Source: Malacoraja senta
Lineage: Eukaryota
Length of the DNA: 64,000 nucleotides
Assembly (NCBI GenBank): GCA_038087875.1
Contig: CM075991.1
Span: 8,186,001-8,250,000, forward strand
Reading direction: 5' to 3'
Position 1 is the first letter of the stretch. The number at the start of each line of letters is the position of its first letter. The notes under the pieces were generated by a model. The model was given only the letters and a program-made list of their open reading frames with translations, had not been told where the DNA came from and made no database searches. The translations under genes were made by a program, and so were the position numbers. Positions 35,951 through 49,395 of the stretch are shown in pieces.

Positions 35951-37405
35951 CACTGTAAAAAAAACAGGGGCTGACTCACATTGTTATTTGTGAATCTGTG
36001 GAATTATCTGCCGCAGAAAGCAGTGGGGGCCAATTCACTGGATGTTTTCAAGAGAGAGTTAGATTTAGCTCTGAGGGCTAATGGAATCCAGGGATATGGG
36101 GGGAAAAGCAGGAACGGGGTACTGATTTTAGATGTTTAAGAAGGAACTGCAGATGCTGGAAAATCAAAGGTACACAAAGATGCTGGAGAAACTCAGCGGG
36201 TGCGGCAGCATCTATGGAGCGAAGGAAATAGGCAACGTTTAGGGCCGAAACCCTTCTTCAGACTGATCTTCAAAACGTTGCCTATTTCCTTCGCTCCATA
36301 GATGCTGCTGCACCCGCTGAGTTTCTCCAGCATTTTTGTCTACCTTCGATTTTAGATGATCAGCCATGATCATATTGAATGGCAGTGCTAGCTCGAAGGG
36401 CCGAACGGCCTGCTCCTGCAGCAATGTTTCTACATTGGTTCGACTCGACAAACATCGGTGAAAAGCAATCTAAACTCTGCCATAGGTCTGGATTCCAGCC
36501 GGGCCTAAATTATTTCACAAAAGCTGAACCTCTACTCTGAATTCGAAACGCAACGTCTTATTAATACCCTTCCCTTCCTGTTTGTACCTGCACTGGCACA
36601 CGTTTAGAGAACTATTCTGGAGCACATCCAACACCATGCAGCCATGCACAATAGAGAACAAAAAAAAAAACTCCACTCTTTTGAAAACACGGCCCACAGC
36701 ACATGAAAACAAACCTTCAGGGCTAGCATAAGTCTTGAAAGATTATTTCCTGAAAGTGTTTTGCCGTCCGAAGTGGGTAGACTACAGAGTCAAATCACTC
36801 ACTCCACCAAGACCCTCCCCGAGTTGTGCATTTGAATTCAATTTGATTTTTCTTCTTTCACTTTTGAAGTTTCTTTTTGAATATGATTTCCTTGGCAGCG
36901 CGTTCTAGATCATATCTCACCGAGTCGTGTTAAACAACATTTCGGTCTCTTCTCCAGTTCCCTGTTCTTTATTTCTTTTTATAAATGTGTGTTTGCCATT
37001 GCTCACAGTCTGTGTGAGGCTCAATATCTATCAGTGGTGACCTCGGTGCACTATGGAGAACATGCAAACTCCACACAGACAGGGCGGCACGGTGACGCAG
37101 CGGTAGAGTTGCTGCCTTAGAGCGCCAGAGGCCCGGGTTCGATCCCGACTGCGGGCGCTGTCTGTACGGAGTTTGTACGTTCCCACCGTGACCGTGTGGG
37201 TTTTCTCCGGGTGCTCCGGTTTCCTCCCACACTCCAAAGAGGTACAAGTTTGTAGGTTAATAGGCTTGGTGTCACTCGTGTTCGATCCTGACCTCGGGTG
37301 CTGTCTGTGTGGAGTTTGCACGTTCTCCCTGTGACCGAGTGGGTGCTTTAGTTTCCTCCCACGTCGCAAAAACGTGCGAGTTTGTAGATTAATTGTCTCT
37401 TTAAA

Positions 37406-37505
37406 GTGTGTGTGTGTGTGTGTGTGTCTGTCTGTGTCTGTCTGTGTGTGTGTGTGGCTGTGTGTGTGTGTGTGTCTGTGTGTGTGTGTGTGGCTGTGTG
37501 TGTGT

Positions 37506-37546
<41 letters not shown>

Positions 37547-37830
37547 TGTGTGTGTGTGTGTGTGTGTCTGTGTGTGTGTGTGTCTGTGTGTGTGTGTGTC
37601 TGTGTGTGTGTGTGTGTGTCTGGCTGTGTGTCTGTGTGTGTCTGTCTGTGTGTCTGTGTGTGTCTGTCTGTGTGTCTGTCTGTGTGTCTGTCTGTGTGTC
37701 TGTCTGTGTGTCTGTCTGTGTGTCTGTCTGTGTGTCTGTCTGTGTGTCTGTCTGTGTGTCTGTCTGTGTGTCTGTCTGTGTGTCTGTCTGTGTGTCTGTC
37801 TGTGTGTCTGTCTGTGTGTCTGTCTGTGTG
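37406..37830. repeat. (TG)n microsatellite turning into a (TGTCTGTCTGTG)n 12-mer array
   Basis: Seen directly; it gives the HRQT repeats in the ORF track. Confidence 0.95.
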
Positions 37831-38354
37831 TTAGTATGTGGGGATTGCTGGTCAGCATGGACACGATGGGCCGAAGGGCCTGTTTCTGCGTCAATAATAA
37901 TCTAAACTGAACCTCCTGTGGAACTGCTGAAGACAGATGAAGATAGATATCAGACGACATCTCGTTCTTTCCCAGCATTTAATGTGAGTTGCCAGTGACA
38001 GAGATAAGCAACCCCTCGGGTTCCTGGCCAGAGTTCCCACAGTCCTGTAAGTGGCTCTGACGTGGGCAGGTCAGTGGGGACCTCCGGCTGCGAGGAGGGT
38101 TAGCGACAGGCAGCTGCCGACGGCACTTTGCACGGGTTCCAGCCGGTCGGTGCCAGCAATTGCCGGGACCGAGCCAGATCCGAACGGGTCCAGTCCAGTG
38201 TTTACATTCCACCCATCCTTCCTTGTCTGATGCTATACGAATAACATTAACTCCCTTCCCCTGGCAAACTTCTCCTTAAATGCATCTGTACTTCCCCCCT
38301 GAACCGTTCCCTGTGGGAATATTCTCCCACTCTCTTGCCTCCGACTTCATGGTT

Positions 38355-38680
38355 CAATTTAGTTTAGTTTTAAACTAGAGATACAACGCGGAAACAGGCC
38401 CTTCGGCCCACCTGGTCCGTGCCGACCAGCGATCCCCGCATATTAACACTATCCTACACGCACTAGGGACAATTATTACATTTACCATGCCAACTTACCG
38501 ACATACGCGTACGTCTTTGGAGTGCGGGAGGAAACCGAAGATCTCGGACAAAACACACGCAGGTCACGGGGAGAACGTACAAACTCCGTACAGACAGCAC
38601 CCGTAGTCGGGGTCGAACCCGGGTCTCCAGCGCTACAAGGCGCTGTAAGGCAGCAACTCTACCGCTGCGCCACCGTGCCA
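38355..38680 (-). mobile_element. HE1-type V-SINE
   Basis: Full-length reverse copy. Confidence 0.85.
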
Positions 38681-39549
38681 CCCCAAAGTTCAGTTCAGCT
38701 CATTATCACATGTACCGGGGTACAGTAAAAAGCTTCTTGTTGCGTGCTAACCAGTCAGCCGTAGGACAATACAAGATTACAATCGAGCCGTTTACAGTGC
38801 CATAGATACATGATAAGTGAATAATGTGTAGTGGAAGGTAAAGCCAGTGAAGTCCCAACATAGATAGTCCAAGGGTGACCAAGATAGTAGTTCAGGACTG
38901 CTCTCTGGTTGTGGTAGGATGGTTCAGTTGCCTTTCTTGAGGTCCTCTGAGGGAGCGCTGTATGTATGTATTTATGTATGTATTAGATCTATGTACCACT
39001 GTATGTAGCATGTTAGTACCTGCACTGATGTAAAGCACTTTGGTCAACGAGAGTTGTTAGAAATAAAATTGACTTGACTTGACGATAACAGCTGGGCAGA
39101 AACTGTCCCTGAATCTGGAGTGGAATTATTCCACATTCCCTGTTTATTTTCCTGACGACTTGAGTTTTAGTTGGGTCATTGGAGACCCTCGGACTATCGT
39201 TAATCGGACTTTATCTTGCACTAAACGTTATTCCCTTTATCCTGTATCTGTACGCTGTGGACTCCTCGATCGCAAACGCGTATAGTCTTTCCGCTGACTG
39301 GAGAGCACGCAACAAAGGTACCTCGATACACGTGACAATAATATATTAATTTGTTTATTATCACACGGTACAGTTCAGTTTATTGTTGTGTACAGAAGTG
39401 CAGTGAAAAGATTTTGTTTGTGTGCTATCCAGTCGAAGAAGACTAACATGAATACAATCAACAGCTTACAGATAAAGGATGAGGCTATAACATTTCATAA
39501 CATTGAAGTCCGACTTTCTTTGAATGGTGGCTTCTAGTTTTAGAAAGAT

Positions 39550-39990
39550 AGAAACATTGGAAAAAAATAGGTGCAGGAGTAGGCCATTCGGCCCTTCCAG
39601 CCAGCACCACCATTCAATATGATCATGGCTGATCATCCAGAATCAGTACCCCATTCCTGCTTTCTCCCCATATCCCTTGATTCCATTAGGCCTAATAGCT
39701 ACATCTAACTCTCTCTCTTGAAAACATCCAGTGAATTGGCCTCCACTGCCTTTTGTGGCAGAGAATTCCACAGATTCACAACTCTCTGGCTGAATTTTTT
39801 TTCCCCTCATCTCAGTCCTAAATGGCCTACCCCTTAGTCTTAACCTGTGACCCCTGGTTCTGGACATGTTCTGGTTCCCCAAAAATGGGGACCATTTTTC
39901 CTGCATCTAGCCTGTCCAATATGTTTCCCCACTCATCCTTCTAAATTCCAGTGAATATAAGCCCAGTCGATCCATCCTTTCATCATATGT
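39550..39990 (-). mobile_element. CR1 3' fragment
   Basis: SRTRGHRLRLRGRPFRTEMR..; CR1 3' UTR and tail. Confidence 0.8.
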
Positions 39991-40934
39991 CAGTCAGTCC
40001 GGTATTCCTCTTCCCCCCACTGGTAGAAGACGTATGTGTGAGATTCGGCTGATCATTGCGTCTGGATATCGTGGGTCAGTTGAGTTTATCTCGGTTCCAC
40101 GTGAGTAGGAGTGGTGGGGGGGTCTTTAAGCAGAAGGACAAGGCACACAAAGAGACGTAACCACATTCTGTTCGACCAGGTGGGCACTTGCAACCCGGAG
40201 CTAAAACCAAACTGCTGGAGTCCTGATGCAGGGTTTCAACCTGAAACGTCATCGATGCCGCTGCCTCCACAGATGCCGCCCGACCCACTAGGTTCCTCAA
40301 GCAATTTGTTTTGTTTTAAATCGAAACACTTCAAGATTTTAAAGGACTTTTAAAATTGAAATGTAATCAAAATTTAAACATTGGGAAAGGTAATGTTAAG
40401 GGCGGCACGGTGGAGCAGCGGTAGAGTTGCCTTCCTTACAGAGCCAGAGACCCGGGTTCGATCCTGACTATGGGCGCTGTCTGTACAGAGTTTGTACCTT
40501 CTTCCCGTGACCGCGTGGGCTTTCTCCGGGTGCTCCGGTTTCCTCCCACATTCCAAAGCCGGGCAGGTTAATTGGCTTCTGCAAATTGTCCCGAGTGTGT
40601 AGAATAGAGCTAGTAAACAGCGCAGACCCAGTGGGCTGAAGGGCCTGTGTTTCAACGAGGTATCTGTAAACTAAATATAACAAGTCTATCGGGAGGGGAG
40701 GGGTCAGCTGGCAAAGAGTACACAGGATATCCTACGCGGCGATCCCTTCCCATCTAACCAGCGCATTGTGCTTCCAGTTTGTTATTTGCAGCCAGGGTGG
40801 ATATGGTCACTCCAACAAAAATTGAACTCTCACCCAAACTTACGGCAAACTACTTTCAAACGCTGTTTCGTTTGCAAATTCCTCCAGCGCTCTGCTCTCT
40901 CCCCATCCCGGGAAAGCGCTCCCACTTTTCCACC

Positions 40935-41390
40935 TGGGCCGAGCTAAAGGCCGCACTGTGCGAGACAGTGGATTGTTCCTGGAGTCGTAGGAGCCGAGGG
41001 CTGGAGGCCCTGCAGCAGCCTGGGGCTCGGCTGGACCAGGCGGCCATTCCAGGAGGCCCAGCACGTGGACCGCACGCGGCCTACAGCGGCGGAGGACACC
41101 AGGGCTGCGCTTGGCCAGGCCGACCCTGCAACGCCGCCAGGACAACGGACCTTCATGGTCAGAACAAGATCCCTGCACATACAACAAATGGGACTTGAAA
41201 ATGGTGCCAAAAACTGGCGACCCTGTACACTGTCTCTGTCTACCCCTGCTATAAACTTGTACTGGTTCTGAGATGCCTACCTAATATGTATCTAAGTGCT
41301 TATGTACAGTGATACTTGTACGGAACTGTATACAAAAAATGAATTGCAATGTACCTCGGTACATGTGATAAATAAAGTACTGTACCATAC
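40935..41390 (+). mobile_element. Probable GC-rich non-autonomous retroposon
   Basis: CpG-rich body followed by a TGTACCTCGGTACATGTGA..AATAAAG tail that also occurs elsewhere in the window (e.g. ~48265, ~39318). Confidence 0.5.
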
Positions 41391-41929
41391 CAGTGGGCTA
41401 GAAGTGATTACAAATCAACTCTGTTGTCATTAAGGGCAAGGGTCTCCGCTTAGTCACCCTGGCAGCTCTTGAAGCCAATGCCTCATTGCCTCAGATGCTT
41501 CTGGCTTCCTGCCTGCATCCTTACATTTAATTAATCCATTAAGGAGATTGACCAAACGGGTCGATAAAAATAAAATCTGACTTTAGCCCAGATTGATAAG
41601 ATTAATGTCTCTGTAGTAGGTCAGAGCTCACTACGAAGCCAGCTCCGGCAATCTTAGTATGTGCTTGTGTAGGAAGGAACTACAGATGCTGGTTTACACT
41701 GGAGAGAAGGAATGGGTGATGTTTCGGGTTGAGACCCTTCTTCAGACTGGTTAGGGATAAGAGACAGCTACGAGATGTTGTGACCATGGAAGAATACTGT
41801 GTTAGATGGTTAGACCTTGCTGAGTTGGTGAAGCTCCAAGCTGTTGCATTCCATGGTGGCCATTGTGTAGGAAGGAACTGCAGATGTGTAGGATGAGGAA
41901 CTAGAGATGTGTAGGATGAGGAACTGCAG

Positions 41930-42322
41930 GATGAGAGGGGATCTTGTTGAAACATATAAGATTATTAAGGGATTGGACAGGCTAGAGGCAGGAAACATGT
42001 TCCCGATGTTGGGGGAGTCCAGAACCAGGGGCCACAGTTTAAGAATAAGGAGTAAGCCATTTAGAACAGAGATGAGGAAACACTTTTTCTCACAGAGAGT
42101 TTTGAGTCTGTGGAATTCTCTGCCTCAGAGGGTGGTGGAGGCCGGTTCTCTGGATGCTTTCAAGAGAGAGCTAGATAAGGCTCTTAAAGATAGCGGAGTC
42201 AAGAGATATGGGGAGAAGGGCAGGAACGGAGTACTGATTGTGGATGATAAGCCATGATCACAGTGAATGGCGGTGCTGGCTCGAAGGGCCGAATGGCCTA
42301 CTCCTGCACCTATTGTCTATTG
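41930..42322 (+). mobile_element. CR1 3' fragment (young subfamily)
   Basis: MRGDLVETYKIIKGLDRLEAGNMFP..WNSLPQRVVEA. Confidence 0.9.
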
Positions 42323-42723
42323 TGTGGGAAGGAACTGCAGATGTGTAGGAAAGAACTGAAGATGCTGGTTGAAACTGAAGATAGACACAAAATGCTGGAG
42401 TAACTCATTTGTGTATTCACGGAGAGGTACTTTGTGTATTCACGGCGTGGTACTTTGTGGGAACGGCTGGGGCTGAAGTGCTTCCTGAACAAGATGGATA
42501 TTGTTTTAATTCTAGTGTTTTGATATGAAATCTTTTAAAAACTTAGGAAAAACAAAATATTGGAGATAAAGATCAAAGAAAAGATTGGGCACAGAGCAAG
42601 TCCCCTGACAACCGCATGGGGCCTCTTTTCGCTCGGGGCCTCTTTTCGCTCGTAGCCAGTCTGAGGTTGGACGCAGAGTGAAGATCCAGCTGCTTTAACT
42701 GTGAAGCACATGACTATGAAAGG

Positions 42724-42874
42724 GGTAGACAAAAGTGCTGGAGAAACTCAGCGGGTGCGGCAGCATCTATGGAGCGAAGGAAATAGGCAACGTTTCGTGC
42801 CGAAACGTTGCCTATTTCCTTCGCTCCATAGATGCTGCCGCACCCGCTGAGTTTCTCCAGCACTTTTGTCTACC
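42724..42874. repeat. Perfect 74-bp inverted repeat (foldback of the PLE-derived repeat)
   Basis: Arm 42724-42797 is the exact reverse complement of 42801-42874, with a 3-nt spacer. Confidence 0.95.
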
Positions 42875-43043
42875 TTCGATTTTCCAGCATCTGCAGTTCC
42901 TTCTTAAAGAATATGAAAGGGGTATTTTGTTGACCAGCCTTCAAATGTGCTCTAAGTCAGCACAGCGGTACAAGTGCTGGGGTAACTCAGGCGGGTTAGG
43001 CAGCATCTCTGGAGAAAAAGGATGGGAGAAGAATCTCTGAAGA

Positions 43044-43077
43044 ATCTGAAGAAGGGTCTCGACCCGAAATGTCACCC
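43044..43077 (+). ncRNA. Minimal hammerhead ribozyme motif (PLE repeat)
   Basis: CTGAAGA-A-GGGTCTCGACCC-GAAA-T-GTC at 43046-43073. Confidence 0.45.
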
Positions 43078-44231
43078 ATCCTTGTTCTCCATTGATGCTG
43101 CCTTACCCGCTGAGTTACTCCAGCATTTTGCGTCTATCTCCAATGACCCTAATACCTCCCAATTGGGTCTGTTAATAGTCAGTGCAAACCCCAATGCCAT
43201 CATAGAAACATAGCACAGGAACAGGCCCTCCGGCCCACAACAGCTGTGTGGGACACAGTGGCAAGATAATCTAATCCCATCTGCCTGCACGTGATCCATT
43301 CCCCATGCATCCATGTGCCTATCTTGAAGCCTCTTAAACACCACCATCGTATCTACCTCCACTGCCACACACAGTGCATTTGGGCACCCATCACAAACCT
43401 GCCCCGCATATTGGTGGCACAGCGGTAGAGTTGCTGCCTCACAGCGCCAGAGACCCGGGTTCGATCCCGACCACGGGTGCTGCCTGTACGGAGTTTGCAC
43501 GTTCCCCCCGTGACTGCGTGGGTTTTCTCCGGGTGCTCCACCACGCTCCAAAGACGTACAGGTTTGTAGCCTAATTGGCTTGGGTAAAAATGGTAAATTG
43601 TCCCTAGTGCGTGTGGGATATTGCTAGTGTACGGGGTGATCGCAGGTCGGAAGGGCCTGTGTCCGCGCTGTATCTCTGCAGTCTAAACATCCTTTTTAAA
43701 CTTTGCGGGGTGGAATCTCAGACCCTCGCGCACGTGTGAAGATGCGTTACTGTGTCTAACCTCCCTGAACAGTTTAGATCCAAGCTCACGATTCATCCCC
43801 ACATCCAACTTTTTGTTTTGCAAACAGCAATCAAATGCCTGATTAGATTCATCTCCAACTTAATTGTGCCTTTGACATTTATTAAATATTGACTGAGTTA
43901 TAATCCAGTTGCATCATCACTTGGACAGATTCAATATTCACCCTGTACCCGGCATCAGAACCGGTCTTCATAACTGACCGAAACAATTACCGCACTTACT
44001 AGAGATTGATAAAAAGGTTCCTGTTTAATTTCTTGCCAGTTTAGCTATGCGCCCCAACCCACCCACCCTTGAGCCAAGGGCCACGGGATCAAGCAGAACA
44101 AGTCAAGAGTGTTTCGCTGCAGTATGTACCGAAATGGAACAATTACATTCTTCCTTGTAGCAGTAGAACAGGTCTATAAACACAATCCTCAGAGGGTTAT
44201 ATAATTTTTTTTTAAGTTCTATAAATCTAAA

Positions 44232-44600
44232 GAATCGAGTCAAGAGTGTTTCATTGTCATATGTCCCAGGCAGAACAATGAGATTCTTACTTGCAGCAGC
44301 ACAACAGAATATGCAAGGCAAGACCAATGCCCCCAAGTCTATGTAGCTCAGAGCTTATTTGGAGGTTGACGTGTTTAATAGCCTGATGGCTGTAGGGAAG
44401 TAGCTGTTCCTGAACCTGGATGTTACAGTTTTCAGGCTCCTTTATCTTCTTCTTCTTGATGGCAGGGGTGAAATGAGAGCGTGGCCAGTGTGGTGTGGGT
44501 CTCCGATGATGCTGGCTGCCATTTTGAGGCAGCGACTCCTGTAGATCCCTTCGATGGTGGGGAGGTCACAACCCGTGATGGACTGGGCCGTGTTCACCAC
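44232..44600 (-). mobile_element. Rex1/Babar LINE 3' fragment
   Basis: VVNTAQSITGCDLPTIEGIYRSRCLKMAASIIGDPHHTGH..PLPS, similar to the 24.4-26.1 kb copy; a related piece lies at ~44930-45092. Confidence 0.8.
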
Positions 44601-46967
44601 ATGGTTGCTGCCTGACAGCGCCAGAGACCCGTGGTCGGTCCTGAACGGCTGTCTGTATGGAGTTTGTACGTTCTCCCTGTGACCACGTGGGTTTACTCTC
44701 CAGGTGCTAGGGTTTCCTTTCACATTCCAAAGACGGGCAGGTTTGTAGGTTAATGGGCTTCTGTAAATTGTCCCTAGTGCGTAAGATAGGACTGGTGAAC
44801 ACTGGTCGGCAGGGACTTGGTGGGCCAAAGGGCCCGTTTCCAAGCTGTTTCTCTGAAACTGAAACAAATCAAAGCCCGATGTCCCGCGTGCAATCAGGAT
44901 AGTTGATGGTTTGAAGTTTAGTCGGTGTTTTGTAGCGTTCAATAGTTTAATGGTTGTTAGGAAGAAGCTGTTCCTGAACCTGCAGATCAGACTTTTCAGA
45001 CTCCTGTTCCTTCTTCGCGATAGCAGGAGTGAAATGAGAGCGTGGCCAGGGTGGTGCGGGGGAGTCGATGATGCTGGCTGCCTTTTTGAGGCATTGGCCT
45101 AGGGTGGGAGCTGGGAGGACCAAGGGAGTCCGTGACGCATGTGTGGGCTCATCGATCTGACCTTCAGCTGCTTAGAAGTGGTTAATACAGCTGCTCTGCA
45201 CATCTGTCCGAGCCCAACGTGGCGTGATGCAAAACAGCACGAGAGAGTGGGTGGTACGGTGGGCGCAGCGGTAGAGCTGCTGCCTTACAGCACCAGAGTC
45301 CCCGGTTCGATCCTGACTACGGGTGCTGTCTGTACGGATTCTCCCCGTGACCCGTGTGGGGTTCCTCCAAGATCTTCGGTTTCCTCCAAAAGACATACAG
45401 GTTTGTAGATTAATAGGCTTGTCCCTAGTGTGTGTGGGGTAGTGTTAATGTGCGGGGATTGACGGTCGGCACGGACTCGGTGGGCCGAAGGGCCTGTTTC
45501 CGCGCTGCAACTCTTAACTAAACCATAAAGTTAAGACCGTGAAATGAGTGAGCAAGGGTCTCGGGGTGAGACTGTGCACACTAACCCCAGAGAGTGAACA
45601 CAAGCCACTCACTCACTGACTGCTTGCAGGCTTCACCAATATAGTGGCCTATTGTTCCCCGTCTCTCCTGGCATCAAACCGTTACAGTACAAAATGGCGG
45701 CCGCATAAAATCTAAGATACTTGCAGTACAGGACGTAGCCATTCAGCCCATCACGTCCATGCTAGCAGGTGAAGCACCAGACAAAACCAAATAAAATCCC
45801 AAAGCCCAGCCCATGGGTGGCGCAGCGGTAGAGTTGCTGCCTTACAGCGCCAGAGACCCGGGATCGATCCCGACTACGGGTGCTGCCCGTACAGAGTTTG
45901 TACCTTCTCCCCGTGACCGCGTGGGTTTCCTCCGAGATCTCAGGTCCCTCCCCCCACACTCCACAAAGATGTACAGGTTTGGTGTCATTGTGTATTGTCT
46001 ATGTCCAAGATGGCGGTCGGAAGGGAGAGTGTACGCTGGCGCGGTTTGGCTGCCGCTGCTCTCCCTTCATGATGTGTTTTCTGAATTCTGTTGTTGTCTT
46101 TTTTTGGATCACATTTCTGTTTTTAATTTATGTATTGGTGATGTCTTTTAAACTTATTTTACTCTGATTATATGTTTATATGTTTCTTAAATTGTAAGGT
46201 GTCCTAGAGACCTCGGTATTAGGCGCCCTTAAAATAAAATCTATTATTATTATTATTATGATTGTAAATTGGCCCCAGTGTGTGTGGTGTGCGGGGATCG
46301 CTGGTCGATTCAGACTCGGTGGACCAAAGAGGGCCTGTTTCCGCTCTGTATCTCCAAAACCATGGATCTGTGCATTAAAGCACTTCAAGTGGTCATCCGT
46401 GTAGCTGGTCACACGCGGTGTCCCTGCCGGCCTCTGGCAGCGGATTCAAGACCCTCACCACACCCCGGGTGGATGCCGTCTCTTCCCTCAACTCCCCTCT
46501 GATCCTCTACCAATTACACAGCTCCTGTAACCCCTTGTTATTGGTAGACAGACCCAAAACGTCACCCATTCCTTCTCTCCAGAGATGCTGCCTGTCCTCG
46601 CTGAGTTACTCCAGCATTTTGTGTCTATCTTTGATTTAAACCAGCATCTGCAGTTCTTTCCTACACTCCTTGTTAATGGTCGAGTTGCAGCCTTACAGCA
46701 CCAGAGACCCGGGTTCGATCCTGACTACGGGTGCTGTCTGTACGGAGTTTGTACGTTCTCCCCGTGACCTGCGTGGCTTTTCTCCAAGATCTTCGGTTTC
46801 CTCCCGCACTCCAAAGACGTACAGGTTTGTAGGTTAATTGGTTTTGGTAAAGTTGTTAACTGTCCCTAGTGTATAGGATAGTGTTAGTATATGGGGGCTG
46901 ATGGTTGGCATGGACTCGGTGGGCCGAAGAGCCTTCCCCGCTGTATCTCTAAAGTCTAAACTACTAA

Positions 46968-47276
46968 TGGGGCCTGTCCCACTGTACGAGCTAATTCAAG
47001 AGTTCTCCCGAGTTTCCCCAGATTCGAACTCGGAGAATTACGGTAATGGCCGCTCGTCGGTACTCGGGGCTTTCGTGGACAAATGTTAAAAAATCTTCCC
47101 GAGTCTTCCCGAGCTTACCGCGTTTCCGAGTACCTGCCGTTAGCATTACGAGCCGCTAAGAGACGTCCCGAGCCCCGACGTACCCGCTACGTACATTCTA
47201 CGTGCTCACCACGAGTTTGATTTTTTTTTAAACTCGGGAGAACTCTTGAATGAACTCGTACAGTAGGACAGGGCCT
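46968..47276. mobile_element. PIF/Harbinger-type MITE (family B)
   Basis: TIRs GGCCTGTCCCACTGTACGAG..; TAA duplication at 46965-46967 and 47277-47279. Confidence 0.85.
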
Positions 47277-48749
47277 TAACAGAGATGGTTTACTGAATTA
47301 CAGATAATTTATTGCATATTATTCACTTTAGACTTTAGAGATACAGCGCAGAAACAGGCCCTTCAGCCCATCAAGTTCACACTGCCCAGCGATCACCCCG
47401 TACACTGGCACTATCCTACACACTAGGGACAATTTTATAATTTTACTAAAGTTTACCAAACCTGTGTGTCTGGAGTGTGGAAGAAAACCGGAGTAAACTC
47501 AGGAGGTCACAGGGAGAACGTACAAACTGCACCCGTAGTCAGGATCAAACCCGGGTCTCTAGCGCTGCGCCACTGTGCCGCCATTGTTGCATCCAACGCA
47601 CCCGTAAAGCAGGGGCCAGCCAGGATCTCATTGTTCCCGTCCATATCCGGTGTACATGAGCACGTAAACACTCTTGAACTTGAGATAATCTACATTGTAA
47701 TGGACTTGGCATGGAGACCTGGGCTGGTCTAACACTCCACGTAGCTTCAGGGAGTTGAGCCAGTTCTTTGCTGATGCTGCAGCCGAGGTATGTGGAGCGT
47801 GCAGCAGCGTTTAGTATTGCAGACAAGAAGGGTTGTCTGAAGGGTGGCACATAGACAATAGGCCATTCGACCCTTCGAGCCAGCACCGCCATTCAATATG
47901 ATGGTGGCTGATCATCCACAATCAGTACCCCGATCCTGCTTTCTCCCCATACCCCTTGATTCCATTAGCCCTAAGAGCTAAGTCGAACTCTCTCTTGAAA
48001 ACGTCCAGTGAATTGGCCAACACTGCCTTCTGTGGCCGAGAATTCCACTCTGGCGTCGGGGGTAGAGTTGTTGCCTTGCAGCGATTGCAGAGGGTTCAAT
48101 CCCGACTGCGGGTGCTGGCTGTACGGAGTTTGTACAGGATAGTGGCCGTCAGTGGGTGGCACTCTACGGCGAACTTGTGCGACTCTGTCGGCTGTAGGAG
48201 CGTGGCGACACTTGTGAACTTGACCGGGTGAATTTACTGGGTTGTTTTCAAAAGAAAGCATTTCACTGTACCTTGGTACATGTGACAATGAATTATCCCT
48301 GGATCATTGAGTTACACCAGAATGTGTGGGGAATGGAACTGCAGATGCTGGTTTAAACCGAATCTTCAGTGACTCCAACATACCTGGTCAACATGAGGAG
48401 CACCTTCAGCAACAGACTGGTTCCACCAAGATGCAGGACACAACGCCACAGGATATCCTTCTTCCCTGTGGCTATCAAGGGCCCCGTTTCCGCACTGTAT
48501 CTCCAGAGTCTAAAGAGCGCGAGACTATTCGGGGGAGCAAAGGTTCCTTAAAATGGAAGCAGAATGCACGGGATTGGCATGAGGGTGCAGCGACATGCTA
48601 CAATGCTCGATGGCACTGATAATAATCAAGAGACACATGTTCTGACAGCTCTGGAAATGACAACTTGTAATTAGCTACAGTGGAATGAAACACATGAGAC
48701 CACAAAAAACATCCAAATCATTGCCAAAGTGCATCTGAACTTTTTGAAA

Positions 48750-49395
48750 GGCACAAGAGGATGTACTTACTACGGCAGCTGAGGAAGCACAATCTGCCAC
48801 GGGCAATGACGGTCCAATTCTACACGGCCATCGTAGAGTCTGTTCTCACCTTCTCCATCACGGTCTGGTTTGGCACAGCCACCAAGCACGACACCCGGAG
48901 GCTGCAGCGAATCGTCCGATCAGCAGAGAAGGTTATCGGCTGCAACCTTCCCTCCATTGATGAACTGTACACTGCAAGGGCCAGGGAAGCGAGCGGGCAA
49001 GATCATCTCTGACCCCTCTCACCCTGCCCACAAACTCTTTGAATCACTTCCCTCTGGAAGGCGACTCCAGACTGTCAAAGCTGCCACAGCCAGACATAAA
49101 AACTGTTTTTATCCACGAGTAGTTGCTCTACTCAACAGCCAAAAATCTGTAGCCTCCCTTTGATCTGGTATTTTGTTGGTTCACATGCTTGATCAATGGT
49201 GTTTTATCATTGACTAGACCAAGTGCAGACCCTTTGGGTTCTGTTCCCCCAACGTGTGGTGTATCATTGATTATTTATTAGTGATTTATTATTATTAATG
49301 TTTAGTGTTTTCTGAGTCATTCGTAACTTGTGGGCGGAGCACCAAGGCAAATTCCTTGTATGTGAATACTTGGCCAATAAACTTACTTACTTACT
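48750..49395 (+). mobile_element. Rex1/Babar-type LINE 3' fragment (second family)
   Basis: MYLLRQLRK..FYTAIVESVLTFSITVWFG..LQRIVRSAEKVIG / IISDPSHPAHKLFESLPSGRR; AATAAA plus (ACTT)n tail. Confidence 0.85.

Noticed and set aside
38090..38110. GAGGAGGGTT resembling the 3' strand of a twister ribozyme
   Set aside because: The upstream twister elements (UAA..CGGUC.CAAGCCC) are missing.
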